DNA of 64,000 nt from Parcubacteria bacterium RAAC4_OD1_1 (GTDB lineage Bacteria > Patescibacteriota > Minisyncoccia > Phycocordibacterales > UBA9973). The stretch is from contig AWSN01000001.1 in NCBI GenBank assembly GCA_000505065.1, forward strand, positions 559,929 to 623,928, read 5' to 3'. Positions 19,445 to 28,733 of the stretch are shown here, one piece after another. The translations under genes and the position numbers were made by a program. Every line of letters begins with the position of its first letter. Position 1 is the first letter of the stretch. Under the pieces are notes generated by a model. That model made no database searches and was not told where the DNA came from. It worked only from the letters and a program-made list of their open reading frames with translations.

Positions 19445-19812
19445 TAAAATGGTAGGAGTGCTATCCGTGAATAATTAATTAACCACGAATAGGTGCATTA
19501 TAAGAATAAGACTTAATGATATTAATACCATTAAGAGCTCCTTCTTTAGAGGCATAACCTTCTGCACTGTCAGCTATTATTCTTCCATTTGAAGAAATAA
19601 ATCTCCAACGAAAATAACCGCGACTATCTTTATAAATTTCAAAATACATAAATATTTTTAAATGTTAAAATAGCTTGTAATAAGGGATATCGACCTAGAA
19701 TGGATCCCCAGATAAGCACCTTATAGAAACAAAGTACCTATCCAGGACCTTCTAGGTAGATAAACCCAAATCTTTGCCAGAGACATTTTACTCCTACCAT
19801 TTTATTAAAGAG
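19437..19812. repeat. 23-bp inverted repeats bracketing the yegP-like gene
   Basis: ctctctaataaaatggtaggagt (19437-59) / actcctaccattttattaaagag (19790-812), 1 mismatch. Confidence 0.8.
19479..19649 (-). CDS. YegP/DUF1508 family small protein (56 aa, not in ORF track)
   Basis: MYFEIYKDSRGYFRWRFISSNGRIIADSAEGYASKEGALNGINIIK. Confidence 0.88.
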   Translation of the reverse strand: MYFEIYKDSRGYFRWRFISSNGRIIADSAEGYASKEGALNGINIIKSYSYNAPIRG

Positions 19813-19906
19813 CTAATATAATAATAGCACCAAAATAAAGTCTCGTTAATATAGTTTATTAAAAAACTATTGGTTAAAAATGGTATTAATGATAAAATAA
19901 ATAAAC

Positions 19907-20791
19907 ATGCAACAAAAAATTCCTATTACTATTCATCTTGAAGGTGAAGGAGTTAAGGATGGATCAATTTTATTAGAAGATCTTGTACCTGCACTGCAGG
20001 GATTTTCTAGTGCTTATGGTAAATTAGCTAGTAGTTACAGTCAAAATTTAAATCACAAGATTAGAATAGAATCTTTTGTGCCAGGTAGTTTCTTGGTCCA
20101 TCTCTATACCACTGTAATGGAACACCAAGATGCTATACAAGCCACAGCTAATTTAATGACGGTAGCTGGAGGGGGTAGTGCTGTTGCCTATAAAGTAATT
20201 GATTTAATAGTAAAAACCATACAAGCTAAAAAACATATTAAAAATCAGCCATATACTCAGCAAAATAATTACAATGATTCAAATGTTGTTATCATAAATG
20301 CTGACAATTTAGAATTAGCCATTCCTTTAGAGGTTTATCAAATAATAAAAGAGAAAAATATAGATAATGATTTAAATAAACTTGTTTCAATAATAGATAA
20401 TGAAAATATTGAAAAACTTTCAATTGGATATGAAAAAGAAGATGAGAAAATAGTAGAATCCGTTGATAATAAAGAAAAAAAGTTTTTTGATATAGATAAT
20501 GAGACAGTATCAGAAACTAAAGAAACCTGGATTACTTGTAAAATTAATTCTTTAACCAAAACAACAAATAGGGGCAGAGCTTACCTGCCAGATGGTTCTC
20601 AGGTTGGATTTAAGTTGGTTACTGAAACACCAGAGAATTTATATAAGCATTTTATTCACAAGGGATGGGTCAAGATGTATTGTAAGGCAAAATTAGATGA
20701 AAATTTAAAACCATTAGAATTAGATGTTTATGATATGGAAGACTTAAATGCAGAATTACCTTTTGGAACTAATAATGAAACTATTAAATAA
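19907..20791 (+). CDS. hypothetical protein
   Basis: 294-aa ORF followed by a hairpin at 20796-20830. Confidence 0.7.
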   Translation: MQQKIPITIHLEGEGVKDGSILLEDLVPALQGFSSAYGKLASSYSQNLNHKIRIESFVPGSFLVHLYTTVMEHQDAIQATANLMTVAGGGSAVAYKVIDLIVKTIQAKKHIKNQPYTQQNNYNDSNVVIINADNLELAIPLEVYQIIKEKNIDNDLNKLVSIIDNENIEKLSIGYEKEDEKIVESVDNKEKKFFDIDNETVSETKETWITCKINSLTKTTNRGRAYLPDGSQVGFKLVTETPENLYKHFIHKGWVKMYCKAKLDENLKPLELDVYDMEDLNAELPFGTNNETIK

Positions 20792-20844
20792 ACAAACTCT
20801 CGGCAAAGCTCATATAGACCTTGCCGAGTTTTGTTTTATTGTTC

Positions 20845-21057
20845 CTATATTGATAATTCAAGAATCATATCTTGTGCCTCGCAATACGATAAATCATCAT
20901 TAATCTGATTAAGATATTGCTCTCTAGTATCACAATCATCTATCTTCTCATATATAAGCTCGGTAAGTGTTCTTCTCTGTTTAGGAGTTATTGATACTTG
21001 CTCCGATTCATAATAATCATATGGAGATATATGTTTATGCTTTAATTTTGTAATCAT
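20845..21057 (-). CDS. hypothetical protein
   Basis: 70 aa; ITPKQRRTL..LSYCEAQDMI resembles the C-terminal motif of the neighbouring gene. Confidence 0.6.
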   Translation of the reverse strand: MITKLKHKHISPYDYYESEQVSITPKQRRTLTELIYEKIDDCDTREQYLNQINDDLSYCEAQDMILELSI

Positions 21058-21065
21058 ATAGATAA

Positions 21066-21602
21066 TTAATAGTTATTTAATAAACATGCTATCTTATCAG
21101 ATGCCTCCGACCTTGAAATATTTACTAACTCTTTAAGCCACTCATCTCTTTCATTGGCTGGTACTTTTTCTTGTATTAAGGTGTTCAAATAATTCTTCTG
21201 CTTATCAGTTGCTAATTCTGGCTCAATCGGCATGGATTCATCATCATTTGTTCTAAATGATTCCAGGACCTTTGTAGCGTTATTGGTAGCACTTAAAAAA
21301 GAACCATTAATCGTTGTTGATATGGTTCTTTCTAAATATTTATTTAATCTACTAAATACTGCCCAAGATCTACCAAGTGATATAACCTGTCCATCTTTCT
21401 TGATAATACATAGTATCGCTATTAAGTTGGGTATATGTCTGAATTGTTTTAATGTATCTATATCTTCTTGAAAACTAACTTCAAGTGTATAGCTATTACC
21501 ACAAAACCTTTTAACTTCCTGACTAACTGGACTATCACTACTCGCAAATCTATTAATCTTTGGTTGGAATGGAGATACCACTCCTTTATTATATGTATTC
21601 AT
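21066..21602 (-). CDS. hypothetical MGE protein
   Basis: C-terminal ATDKQKNYL...SRSEASDKI motif of the kind seen in phage proteins. Confidence 0.65.
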   Translation of the reverse strand: MNTYNKGVVSPFQPKINRFASSDSPVSQEVKRFCGNSYTLEVSFQEDIDTLKQFRHIPNLIAILCIIKKDGQVISLGRSWAVFSRLNKYLERTISTTINGSFLSATNNATKVLESFRTNDDESMPIEPELATDKQKNYLNTLIQEKVPANERDEWLKELVNISRSEASDKIACLLNNY

Positions 21603-21605
21603 ATG

Positions 21606-21932
21606 TTATTTATTAGCTTTTAATTCAGTTACTTGTCTGTAATAGAACAAGTAAATACTTTTAATTTTTCTAACAACCTTTTCAGGATTCTTTGGATCCT
21701 TTCTTTCAATAGTTACAAAAGAACGAATCGCTGTTTCTCCTTTCTTTGGAACGAAACCTAATTGAATCCACTTTTTGAAAGTAAGAGCTGATCTCATTGG
21801 ATCATAGTTGCGAAGCTCTGATTCTCCCCATCGCTTTACTATCTCTTGCTCAACAAGAGATTTTGTTTTTTCTGATCCTAAATATCCAGATATCTCTGGT
21901 CCACTTAGAATCTCTTTTATGCTCATAACCAT
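21606..21932 (-). CDS. ArdC-like N-terminal ssDNA-binding domain protein
   Basis: TFKKWIQLGFVPKKGETAI ... YLFYYRQV. Confidence 0.65.
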   Translation of the reverse strand: MVMSIKEILSGPEISGYLGSEKTKSLVEQEIVKRWGESELRNYDPMRSALTFKKWIQLGFVPKKGETAIRSFVTIERKDPKNPEKVVRKIKSIYLFYYRQVTELKANK

Positions 21933-22346
21933 ATATATTATTAAATTAATAAAAAGCACGAGGACTAATCGTGCTTAAGACTTTTTTATTGATAATGTGT
22001 CTCACTTACATAGTGTTAATGTGTATTTAAGATATGAGGGGTGGGGGGTTGTTCGATTTACCTCCCCTAGATAAACACGGGACCTGGGGTGATACGTTAC
22101 CTTTCGTTTCCGTGATGAAAAATAGGTGAAATGATATAACATACCACCTTACAGGATATATACCCGCATCCAAGTTTTGAACCATTGAAAAATATAGGTA
22201 TTTTAGAACCTCATTTCCAAATAGAGGCATATATAGGTGTGAGTGTCTATTTGTTGATTAGACTGTTTGGATGATATAATATAAGTGTTCGTAAAATTGA
22301 ATCAGTAATCTAAACCGAGTATTTATATATTTGGCATGATGAAAAA

Positions 22347-22449
22347 ACCAATGACGTGTAAAGAACCCAACATCAAGGGGTTACCGTCATTGGTCATATC
22401 TGGAAACGGATATGGATAGCTAAGGCTATCACCTTGTGTTGGGCTTTTT
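22347..22449 (+). ncRNA. candidate structured RNA with pseudoknot
   Basis: Crossing stems 22347-56/22385-94 and 22366-78/22432-43, plus two tetraloop hairpins and a T-tract. Confidence 0.55.
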
Positions 22450-22478
22450 GTATTTAGTATTAAAAGATTTTTTAATAT

Positions 22479-23531
22479 ATGAAATATTGTATAAACTGCG
22501 GATTTAAATTAATTGATAGTGCAAAATTTTGTTCATCTTGTGGTAATAAGTGTGAACAAGATAACAGCAAAGATTCTTATATGAAAAATAAGGATATTGT
22601 TGATAATTCACAGATAGAAAATATTGATCATATTTCAGATAAAAATAAAACATATAAAGCTGAAGAACAAATCAAATCCTCTAAATGGAATTCTTTTTTA
22701 TTAAATACCAAAGATGTAGAAGAATATTTAAAAGACGGAGTTAATGATTCTCATAGTGAGTTTTTATATTTATTCTCAAAATCTAAAAGAGAGAATAATG
22801 AGAGAAGAAATAAAAGAATGTTGGAACTTCTTAATCTTAGAAAGTGTGAAATAAATGATAGTTATTACGATAATAATGTTAAGCCAATAGATAAGAAAAT
22901 TATTTCATTGATTTTAAATAAGGACAAAGGTCTTTTTAGTAAAGATGTTTCATCTTATTTGAATAAGGAGACAGATGAAAAAAATATTGTAATTAAAAAA
23001 ATGATTTTTGATGGAAATATTGAATCTGGGGAAATTATTCTTTCTTGTCCTGTTTTTACAAGTATTGAATATAACGAAAAGGCTGTTTTATTTATAACTG
23101 AAAGGGGTTTAGGTTTTATAAAAATTAATAATGATGATGTATCTTCAATTTCTGTTCCTTATGCAATTGCTAGTGCGGCGGGACCATTACTCGGTATTGT
23201 TGCCACAGGTATAGCCACTATTGCTGGTAAATATATAGCTGATTCTGTTAATAATTTTAAAATAGATAAAAATCAACAAAAAGTTATTGATCTAGTAAAT
23301 CAATATTCTATCAGCTTAACAGCAAAATGTTTTAATGGCAGTCAATTTGTACCTTTTAGTACTATAAATGCTCTACTTTATGGTGATTATAAAAAGGGTT
23401 ATAAATCAATAAGATTATTATATGAAAATGTCAGAAAAGATTTTAATTTTATAATAGAAGATCATGTTTGGGATTGTGTTTTTGGATTATTATCTAAAGA
23501 AAATTTAATAAATGAAAAAACATCTAACTAA
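22479..23531 (+). CDS. zinc-ribbon domain protein
   Basis: MKYCINCGFKLIDSAKFCSSCG; glycine-zipper-like hydrophobic segment. Confidence 0.7.
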   Translation: MKYCINCGFKLIDSAKFCSSCGNKCEQDNSKDSYMKNKDIVDNSQIENIDHISDKNKTYKAEEQIKSSKWNSFLLNTKDVEEYLKDGVNDSHSEFLYLFSKSKRENNERRNKRMLELLNLRKCEINDSYYDNNVKPIDKKIISLILNKDKGLFSKDVSSYLNKETDEKNIVIKKMIFDGNIESGEIILSCPVFTSIEYNEKAVLFITERGLGFIKINNDDVSSISVPYAIASAAGPLLGIVATGIATIAGKYIADSVNNFKIDKNQQKVIDLVNQYSISLTAKCFNGSQFVPFSTINALLYGDYKKGYKSIRLLYENVRKDFNFIIEDHVWDCVFGLLSKENLINEKTSN

Positions 23532-24297
23532 ACGAAACACAATAATTTTCTCTCTTGGCATCATATTTACACTAGTAATAGGAATAAGTATTTACTTGTT
23601 AGATAGCAAGAAGTCAGAATGTAATATTCAAGGTATTAAACTACATGGAAATCTAGTTACATATAAGCTACCAGATAGCACAGAAGATAAGACCTCTAGC
23701 GAAGAAGTTATACATATGATAAGAAGTGCTAACGATAATGAAAATATAAAAGTGATAGTTATTGATGTAGATAGTTCAGGCGGTTCATTGATTGCAGGAA
23801 ATGAGATAGACAATGCAATAAAGCATAGCGAGAAGCCTGTAATAGCATATATAAGAGACTTGGGTGCAAGTGCCTCATATTTAGCTATTTCTAGCTCTAG
23901 TAGAATATTCTCATCTTTGAATTCTGAAGTAGGAAGTATAGGAGTAACAGCAAGTTATCTTAATGAAGTAACTAAGAATGAAAAAGATGGCTACGAATAC
24001 GAGAGATTAGTAAGTGGAAAGTTTAAAGATACAGGTGCTGTAGCAAGAAGACTAACAAACGAAGAACGAGAGTATGTAATGAAAGACTTAAATTATAACT
24101 TTGAGAACTTTAAACAAGCTATATCTGATAATAGAGGTATTCCAATAGAAGAAGTAAATAAACTATCAACTGGAGCGACCTTCCCTGGTGGTAAGGCACT
24201 GGACTTGAAATTAGTGGATCAAATTGGTGACTTATATGACGTAAATGACTATTTGAGTGAATTCATTAAAGAACCTCTATATATGTGTTGGGAATAA
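23512..24297 (+). CDS. sppA: signal peptide peptidase SppA (S49)
   Basis: N-terminal TM; VDSSGG, GASASY, VGSIGV, SGKFKD, LVDQIG. Confidence 0.88.
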   Translation: MKKHLTKRNTIIFSLGIIFTLVIGISIYLLDSKKSECNIQGIKLHGNLVTYKLPDSTEDKTSSEEVIHMIRSANDNENIKVIVIDVDSSGGSLIAGNEIDNAIKHSEKPVIAYIRDLGASASYLAISSSSRIFSSLNSEVGSIGVTASYLNEVTKNEKDGYEYERLVSGKFKDTGAVARRLTNEEREYVMKDLNYNFENFKQAISDNRGIPIEEVNKLSTGATFPGGKALDLKLVDQIGDLYDVNDYLSEFIKEPLYMCWE

Positions 24298-24414
24298 ATA
24301 ACGCGGAACTTGTGTGTAATTTTTTAACTTGTAGCATTACATAGATTAGGTATATATATTACGGAGAACTCCGAAAAGTTTTCTAAGTCCATTTGTCTTT
24401 GGTATAATATATGT

Positions 24415-24852
24415 ATGACAGAAGTATTAAAAATATTCCTAACAGCTGGACTTACGGTTTTCGGAGGTGTTGTTATTTATGCATTTGGGCAGATATTACT
24501 CAAATTTTTTATTAAACCCATTTATGAACAAAAAAAGATTATATCAGAGATAAATGATACTATAATATTTTATGCAAATAGATTTGGTATATATAAAGAA
24601 ATACACTCGAAAGCGGAAGAGGTTAGTGATAAATTAAGATCTCTTTCTACACAATTAAGAGCAAGAACCAAAATGATACCATTTTATAATCATTTCCAAA
24701 AGTGTGGATTTGTTGTACCTGAAAAAGATATAAATGATGCTTGTTCTGCTTTAATAGGATTATCTAATTCTGTTTATCATAATGAAAATAATTCTGATCA
24801 TATTAGTCGATATAAAGAAACGATATCAATAAAACTTAATATAGAATTATAA
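24415..24852 (+). CDS. hypothetical membrane-anchored protein
   Basis: N-terminal TM; TATAAT 6 nt upstream of the ATG. Confidence 0.7.
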   Translation: MTEVLKIFLTAGLTVFGGVVIYAFGQILLKFFIKPIYEQKKIISEINDTIIFYANRFGIYKEIHSKAEEVSDKLRSLSTQLRARTKMIPFYNHFQKCGFVVPEKDINDACSALIGLSNSVYHNENNSDHISRYKETISIKLNIEL

Positions 24853-24854
24853 AT

Positions 24855-25580
24855 ATGTCTGAATTATATCCAGAAAAGTCATTAAGGTATAAAATATTAG
24901 AATTTTTCCTTAATAAAAGACTGAGAAAGAGTGGGATTGGTGGAATTATTAAGGTTCCATTAAAAGAACTGGAGCCATTACTAGAATACTCTCATTCTGG
25001 TAACAGAGTTGAGTCCTTGATTAATGAGCTTAATGAATTAGATGAAGAGAGTTTTGGTAATTTTCCAGAAGAAAAAAGACCTGTTTTAAATATAGTAAAT
25101 AAGGAAATTTTAAATAATGCAAATACTATTTTTAATTCAAATGATATTTTAAAAGTTGAATATACAAGTGAGAATATTAGTGATTATCTTAATAAACTAA
25201 AAGAAAGAACTAAAGCAGCCAAAGAACTGCTGGGATTTTCTGAACTACAAGAATTAACAAACGATAGAATTGCTATTTGTTTAGGTAACAAAAAAATAAT
25301 TTTAAATAAAACTAGAGGTGGTGGAATATTTAATCTGGCTATAAATATTACGAGGCTCATGTACGGACAAACAGTTAAAGGTAAAGCATTGGAAGATTAT
25401 GAGCCACATTATAGTATATCTTTTAATGAATTGAGAGAGTGTTTAGATTATATTTTTGATACTGAATTAACAGACAAACAGATAAAAGACGCCATCTTTG
25501 GGATAAATAAAAAATCAATAGAAGAATTCGATAAAAATATTTTTGAGATAGATGACCAAGGTGTTATCTTGTCGTTATAG
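24855..25580 (+). CDS. hypothetical protein
   Basis: 241-aa ORF coupled to the upstream gene; terminator at 25601-25629. Confidence 0.65.
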   Translation: MSELYPEKSLRYKILEFFLNKRLRKSGIGGIIKVPLKELEPLLEYSHSGNRVESLINELNELDEESFGNFPEEKRPVLNIVNKEILNNANTIFNSNDILKVEYTSENISDYLNKLKERTKAAKELLGFSELQELTNDRIAICLGNKKIILNKTRGGGIFNLAINITRLMYGQTVKGKALEDYEPHYSISFNELRECLDYIFDTELTDKQIKDAIFGINKKSIEEFDKNIFEIDDQGVILSL

Positions 25581-25758
25581 AATAATACAAAAATAGTTAT
25601 AAACACACCCATACAAGGGTGTGTTTTTTGCTCACATTTTACTCGTTTTACTCGTAGTCAGTTTTGTATTGTGTATATATAAATAATTTATTAACGATAT
25701 CTTAAATAAATTATTTTTATATTGGTCGGTTTTATCAACTTAACATAAATAAAAAATT

Positions 25759-25929
25759 ATGACAAAGAAAATTAAAAAAGTAGAAGAATATGAGCTACAA
25801 GATGATGCAATTCTTAAAATAGATGCTTATGAAGCAATCATTAGAAATGCTGTCTGTGCGATCGAGTTCATAAACGATTTTTCATTCTATTTAGAAGCTT
25901 CACCTGAAAAGAAAAAGGATGAAAAATAA
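25759..25929 (+). CDS. small hypothetical protein (56 aa, not in ORF track)
   Basis: MTKKIKKVEEYELQDDAILKIDAYEAIIRNAVCAIEFINDFSFYLEASPEKKKDEK; overlaps the next start. Confidence 0.5.
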   Translation: MTKKIKKVEEYELQDDAILKIDAYEAIIRNAVCAIEFINDFSFYLEASPEKKKDEK

Positions 25930-26161
25930 AAATGGAACTAAACATTATTTAATTTGTGAAGCTCCTATTTGTAATGACGATAGAAACCCAAATTACAAAA
26001 AAGAGGTTATATGGTCCCCATACGAAAAAATCTGTACCAGAAAACCATATGAAAAATTTCAAAAAATACAAATTGAAATTAATGATTTAGTAAAAAGAAA
26101 TAAGTTTAAAAATATAGATAAATCTTATACGGCAGAAGATCTAGAGGATGGCCATATATAG
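25919..26161 (+). CDS. hypothetical protein
   Basis: 80 aa, CEAPIC...WSPYEKIC. Confidence 0.6.
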   Translation: MKNKNGTKHYLICEAPICNDDRNPNYKKEVIWSPYEKICTRKPYEKFQKIQIEINDLVKRNKFKNIDKSYTAEDLEDGHI

Positions 26162-26317
26162 CCTCTATGTAAAAACAGGCCAACAAAAAACCCTTATATA
26201 TCAATGGTCTAAAATCTAGATGTGGACCATTGATGAGTAAGGTGGTATCTAACATCATTTTAGGTCAATATAGATACTAATTAATCATTAAAAATATAAA
26301 AATGAAAACAACAAAAA

Positions 26318-27247
26318 ATGCAGAACGAATTACTAGACTTATTTACCTCGTTTGTAAACGAATGCAAATATTCAACGAGGCTCAGAAATGAAACAATAAG
26401 AGGATATCAGGCCGTGTTTAACCTCTTCATAAAAATAATGCCTGAAATTACAGAAACAGAATTTCTTACAACTCCTATGCTTAATGAGTTCTTTAAGAGG
26501 ATCCAAACAAGAAATAGAATTGTTGGTAGAAATACTATTAAAGTAGGAGTTAAAAATTCTACAATTAAAACTCAATGGACCAAACTTAATGTATTCTTTA
26601 CCTGGTTAGAAAATAAAGAACATATAACAATAAACCCTCTTAAGGGGATAAGGCCACCAAAAGTATCATATAACGATTACAGAAGAATAGATGAAAGTGA
26701 CATAAACAAATTATTCTCTGCCGTTGTTAATAACACAAGAAATCCTTTCTTATTCAAAAGAGATACTATGATGTTGAGCTTACTAATACATACTGGAGTT
26801 AGAAGAGGAGAATTTATATCTATACAAATTAGAGATATAGACTTTACTAATAATCTAATAACTATAAGAGGAGAAACATCAAAGTCTGGTATTACTAGGA
26901 TGATACCCATGCACCCTACTCTTAAATATCATATAAATGAATATTTAAAGGAAAGAAATAGATTAGGTTATAGGACAGAATTTTTAATTGCTTCAAGTGT
27001 TAATGATAGAGGTTTAACTCTTGAAGGATTAAAACATTGGACCAATAGAATGGTTGAGATATCTGGTGTAGATTTTCATTTACACAAATTCAGACATTCA
27101 TTTGCTTGTGAGTTAAGTGAAAAAGGGATATCAATATTTGCTTTGCAAAAATTGATGGGACACTCAGATATAAGAATGACATCAAAATACACTAGATCAT
27201 TGAAAGCAGAAGATATGATGAATGAAATAATGAAAATTAATGTTTGA
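26318..27247 (+). CDS. tyrosine recombinase/integrase (second)
   Basis: TGVRRGE, TSKSG, HKFRHSFA, MGHSDIRMTSKY. Confidence 0.93.
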   Translation: MQNELLDLFTSFVNECKYSTRLRNETIRGYQAVFNLFIKIMPEITETEFLTTPMLNEFFKRIQTRNRIVGRNTIKVGVKNSTIKTQWTKLNVFFTWLENKEHITINPLKGIRPPKVSYNDYRRIDESDINKLFSAVVNNTRNPFLFKRDTMMLSLLIHTGVRRGEFISIQIRDIDFTNNLITIRGETSKSGITRMIPMHPTLKYHINEYLKERNRLGYRTEFLIASSVNDRGLTLEGLKHWTNRMVEISGVDFHLHKFRHSFACELSEKGISIFALQKLMGHSDIRMTSKYTRSLKAEDMMNEIMKINV

Positions 27248-27431
27248 TTGACTTCCAAAAAATGTGCTATACTTACCCTCACAAGTCGGATAAATTATTA
27301 ATTAATTATACCGAAAGTAATACACAGAACGATATTAAACAGGTCTAGGTAAAATAGAAGTTACAAAGCACTAATATATAAAAAACGCTTGGGAAATATA
27401 CATCAAATGGGAATTGAACACTACAAATCTA

Positions 27432-27477
27432 CTTTTAAGGAGATGGTCGTAGGTTCGATTCCTACCGAGCGGACAAT
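27432..27477 (+). repeat. attR core (tRNA-Lys 3' half duplicate)
   Basis: cttttaaggagatggtcgtaggttcgattcctaccgagcggacaat, identical to 12615-12660. Confidence 0.95.
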
Positions 27478-27741
27478 AATAAAAACCCCAGTTTACTGTG
27501 GGTTTTTATTATTGTCCGCTCGAGCAAGCAAACTGCTTTGCTTGCGTGTAGGAATCGAACAGCGGAGTCATATTTTCTTACCAAAGAAAATAGACGAGCT
27601 GATGACCAGACAAAACTTTTTGACGAAAAAGTTTTAGTCGAGGTCGATAAGGCTACTGCCGGTCCTACCCAAAAATGAATCCCCTTATAGCACAAAGGTC
27701 TTTTGTGTCGAAAAGTGGTCAACCTAGACAGGAATCGAACT
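27478..27741. repeat. tRNA-associated palindromic element
   Basis: Inverted copy of the tRNA-Lys 3' end interrupted by agcaagcaaactgctttgcttgcgt; multiple hairpins; core shared with 43032-43070. Confidence 0.65.
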
Positions 27742-27780
27742 TTTATGGTTATTAATAATAAAAAATGATATATTAAACTT

Positions 27781-28557
27781 ATGTCAACAGATAAACGTAC
27801 TATTGATTGGTATAATGATAATGCAGAAGGATATACAAAACATGTCCAAATTACAACTGAGTCTATATATCACTCATATTATGAAAAACCAGCCATGTAT
27901 TCTTTATTACCAGATATTAAAAATAAAAAGGTAATAAGTTTAGGTTGCGGAAGTGGTGAAGATAGTGAATATTTAAGAAGTTTAGAAACTAGCCAATCTG
28001 TTGGTGTTGATATTTCAGAAAAATTGATTGATATTGCAAAATCAAATCACCCCAAATGTGATTTCAGGGTAATGGATATGGAAAAAATTAATTTTCCAGA
28101 TTCAAGTTTTGATTTTGCTTATTCAAGTTTAGCTATACATTATATTGAAAATTGGACTAATACTTTTAAGGAGGTTTATAGAATATTAAAACCAAATTCA
28201 TATTTTCTGTTTTCATGTGGTCACCCATTGAGATCATCTATGACAGCTAGTCAAAATGAGACTGAAAAAATCCGTCAGTTGGCAATTATAAAAAACAAAA
28301 TAACAGAAGAAACTACTATTGTCGGTAATTATTTAGATAGGAATAAATTAGATACTAAATTAGGGGAAAAATCATTTGTCACCACGTATCATAAATCGAT
28401 TGGAGAAATAGTTGGCGAAATAAAAGAAGCTGGTTTTTTAATTGAAGATTTTGTCGAACCAAAACCTCTTCCAAGAATGGAATCAATTTCACCTAATGAT
28501 TTTAAAAGATTGAATAAAATTCCTGAGTTTATGATATTTAAGTTGAAAAAGATTTAA
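27781..28557 (+). CDS. class I SAM-dependent methyltransferase
   Basis: VISLGCGSG, GVDISEKLI, FPDSSFDFAYSSLAIHY, EVYRILKP. Confidence 0.9.
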   Translation: MSTDKRTIDWYNDNAEGYTKHVQITTESIYHSYYEKPAMYSLLPDIKNKKVISLGCGSGEDSEYLRSLETSQSVGVDISEKLIDIAKSNHPKCDFRVMDMEKINFPDSSFDFAYSSLAIHYIENWTNTFKEVYRILKPNSYFLFSCGHPLRSSMTASQNETEKIRQLAIIKNKITEETTIVGNYLDRNKLDTKLGEKSFVTTYHKSIGEIVGEIKEAGFLIEDFVEPKPLPRMESISPNDFKRLNKIPEFMIFKLKKI

Positions 28558-28674
28558 TTAATCCTCTTTCTGCAACCCCTTAATAAACATCATTTGATTA
28601 TAATACCCTTCATATACCTCTGGTCAGATAGGTGATATAGAGCTAAAAACCGTTAATTTTTGTTATTTTAACTA

Positions 28675-28719
28675 CAAATTCACGTTTTTATTGACAAAAA
28701 AACGTGAATTTGCTACAAT
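28675..28719 (+). promoter_or_regulatory. promoter with overlapping operator palindrome
   Basis: caaattcacgttttt/aaaaacgtgaatttg IR around TTGACA(28691); TACAAT 17 bp downstream. Confidence 0.7.
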
Positions 28720-28733
28720 ATAAGTATATATTT

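Larger units (their letters stand above)
12661..27477. mobile_element. integrative genomic (defence) island in tRNA-Lys
   Basis: Perfect 46-bp att duplication, tyrosine recombinases at both ends, R-M and hypothetical cargo. Confidence 0.92.

Noticed and set aside
19437-19812. Retron ncRNA
   Set aside because: The IR-plus-hairpin layout is suggestive, but no reverse transcriptase is present in the window
12661-27477. Prophage
   Set aside because: No terminase, capsid, portal or tail genes recognisable
27432-27477. Second tRNA-Lys
   Set aside because: Only the 3' half is present; it is the att duplicate
27389-27722. ORFs 27389-27637 and 27462-27722
   Set aside because: They overlap attR and the palindromic element; the translations look spurious
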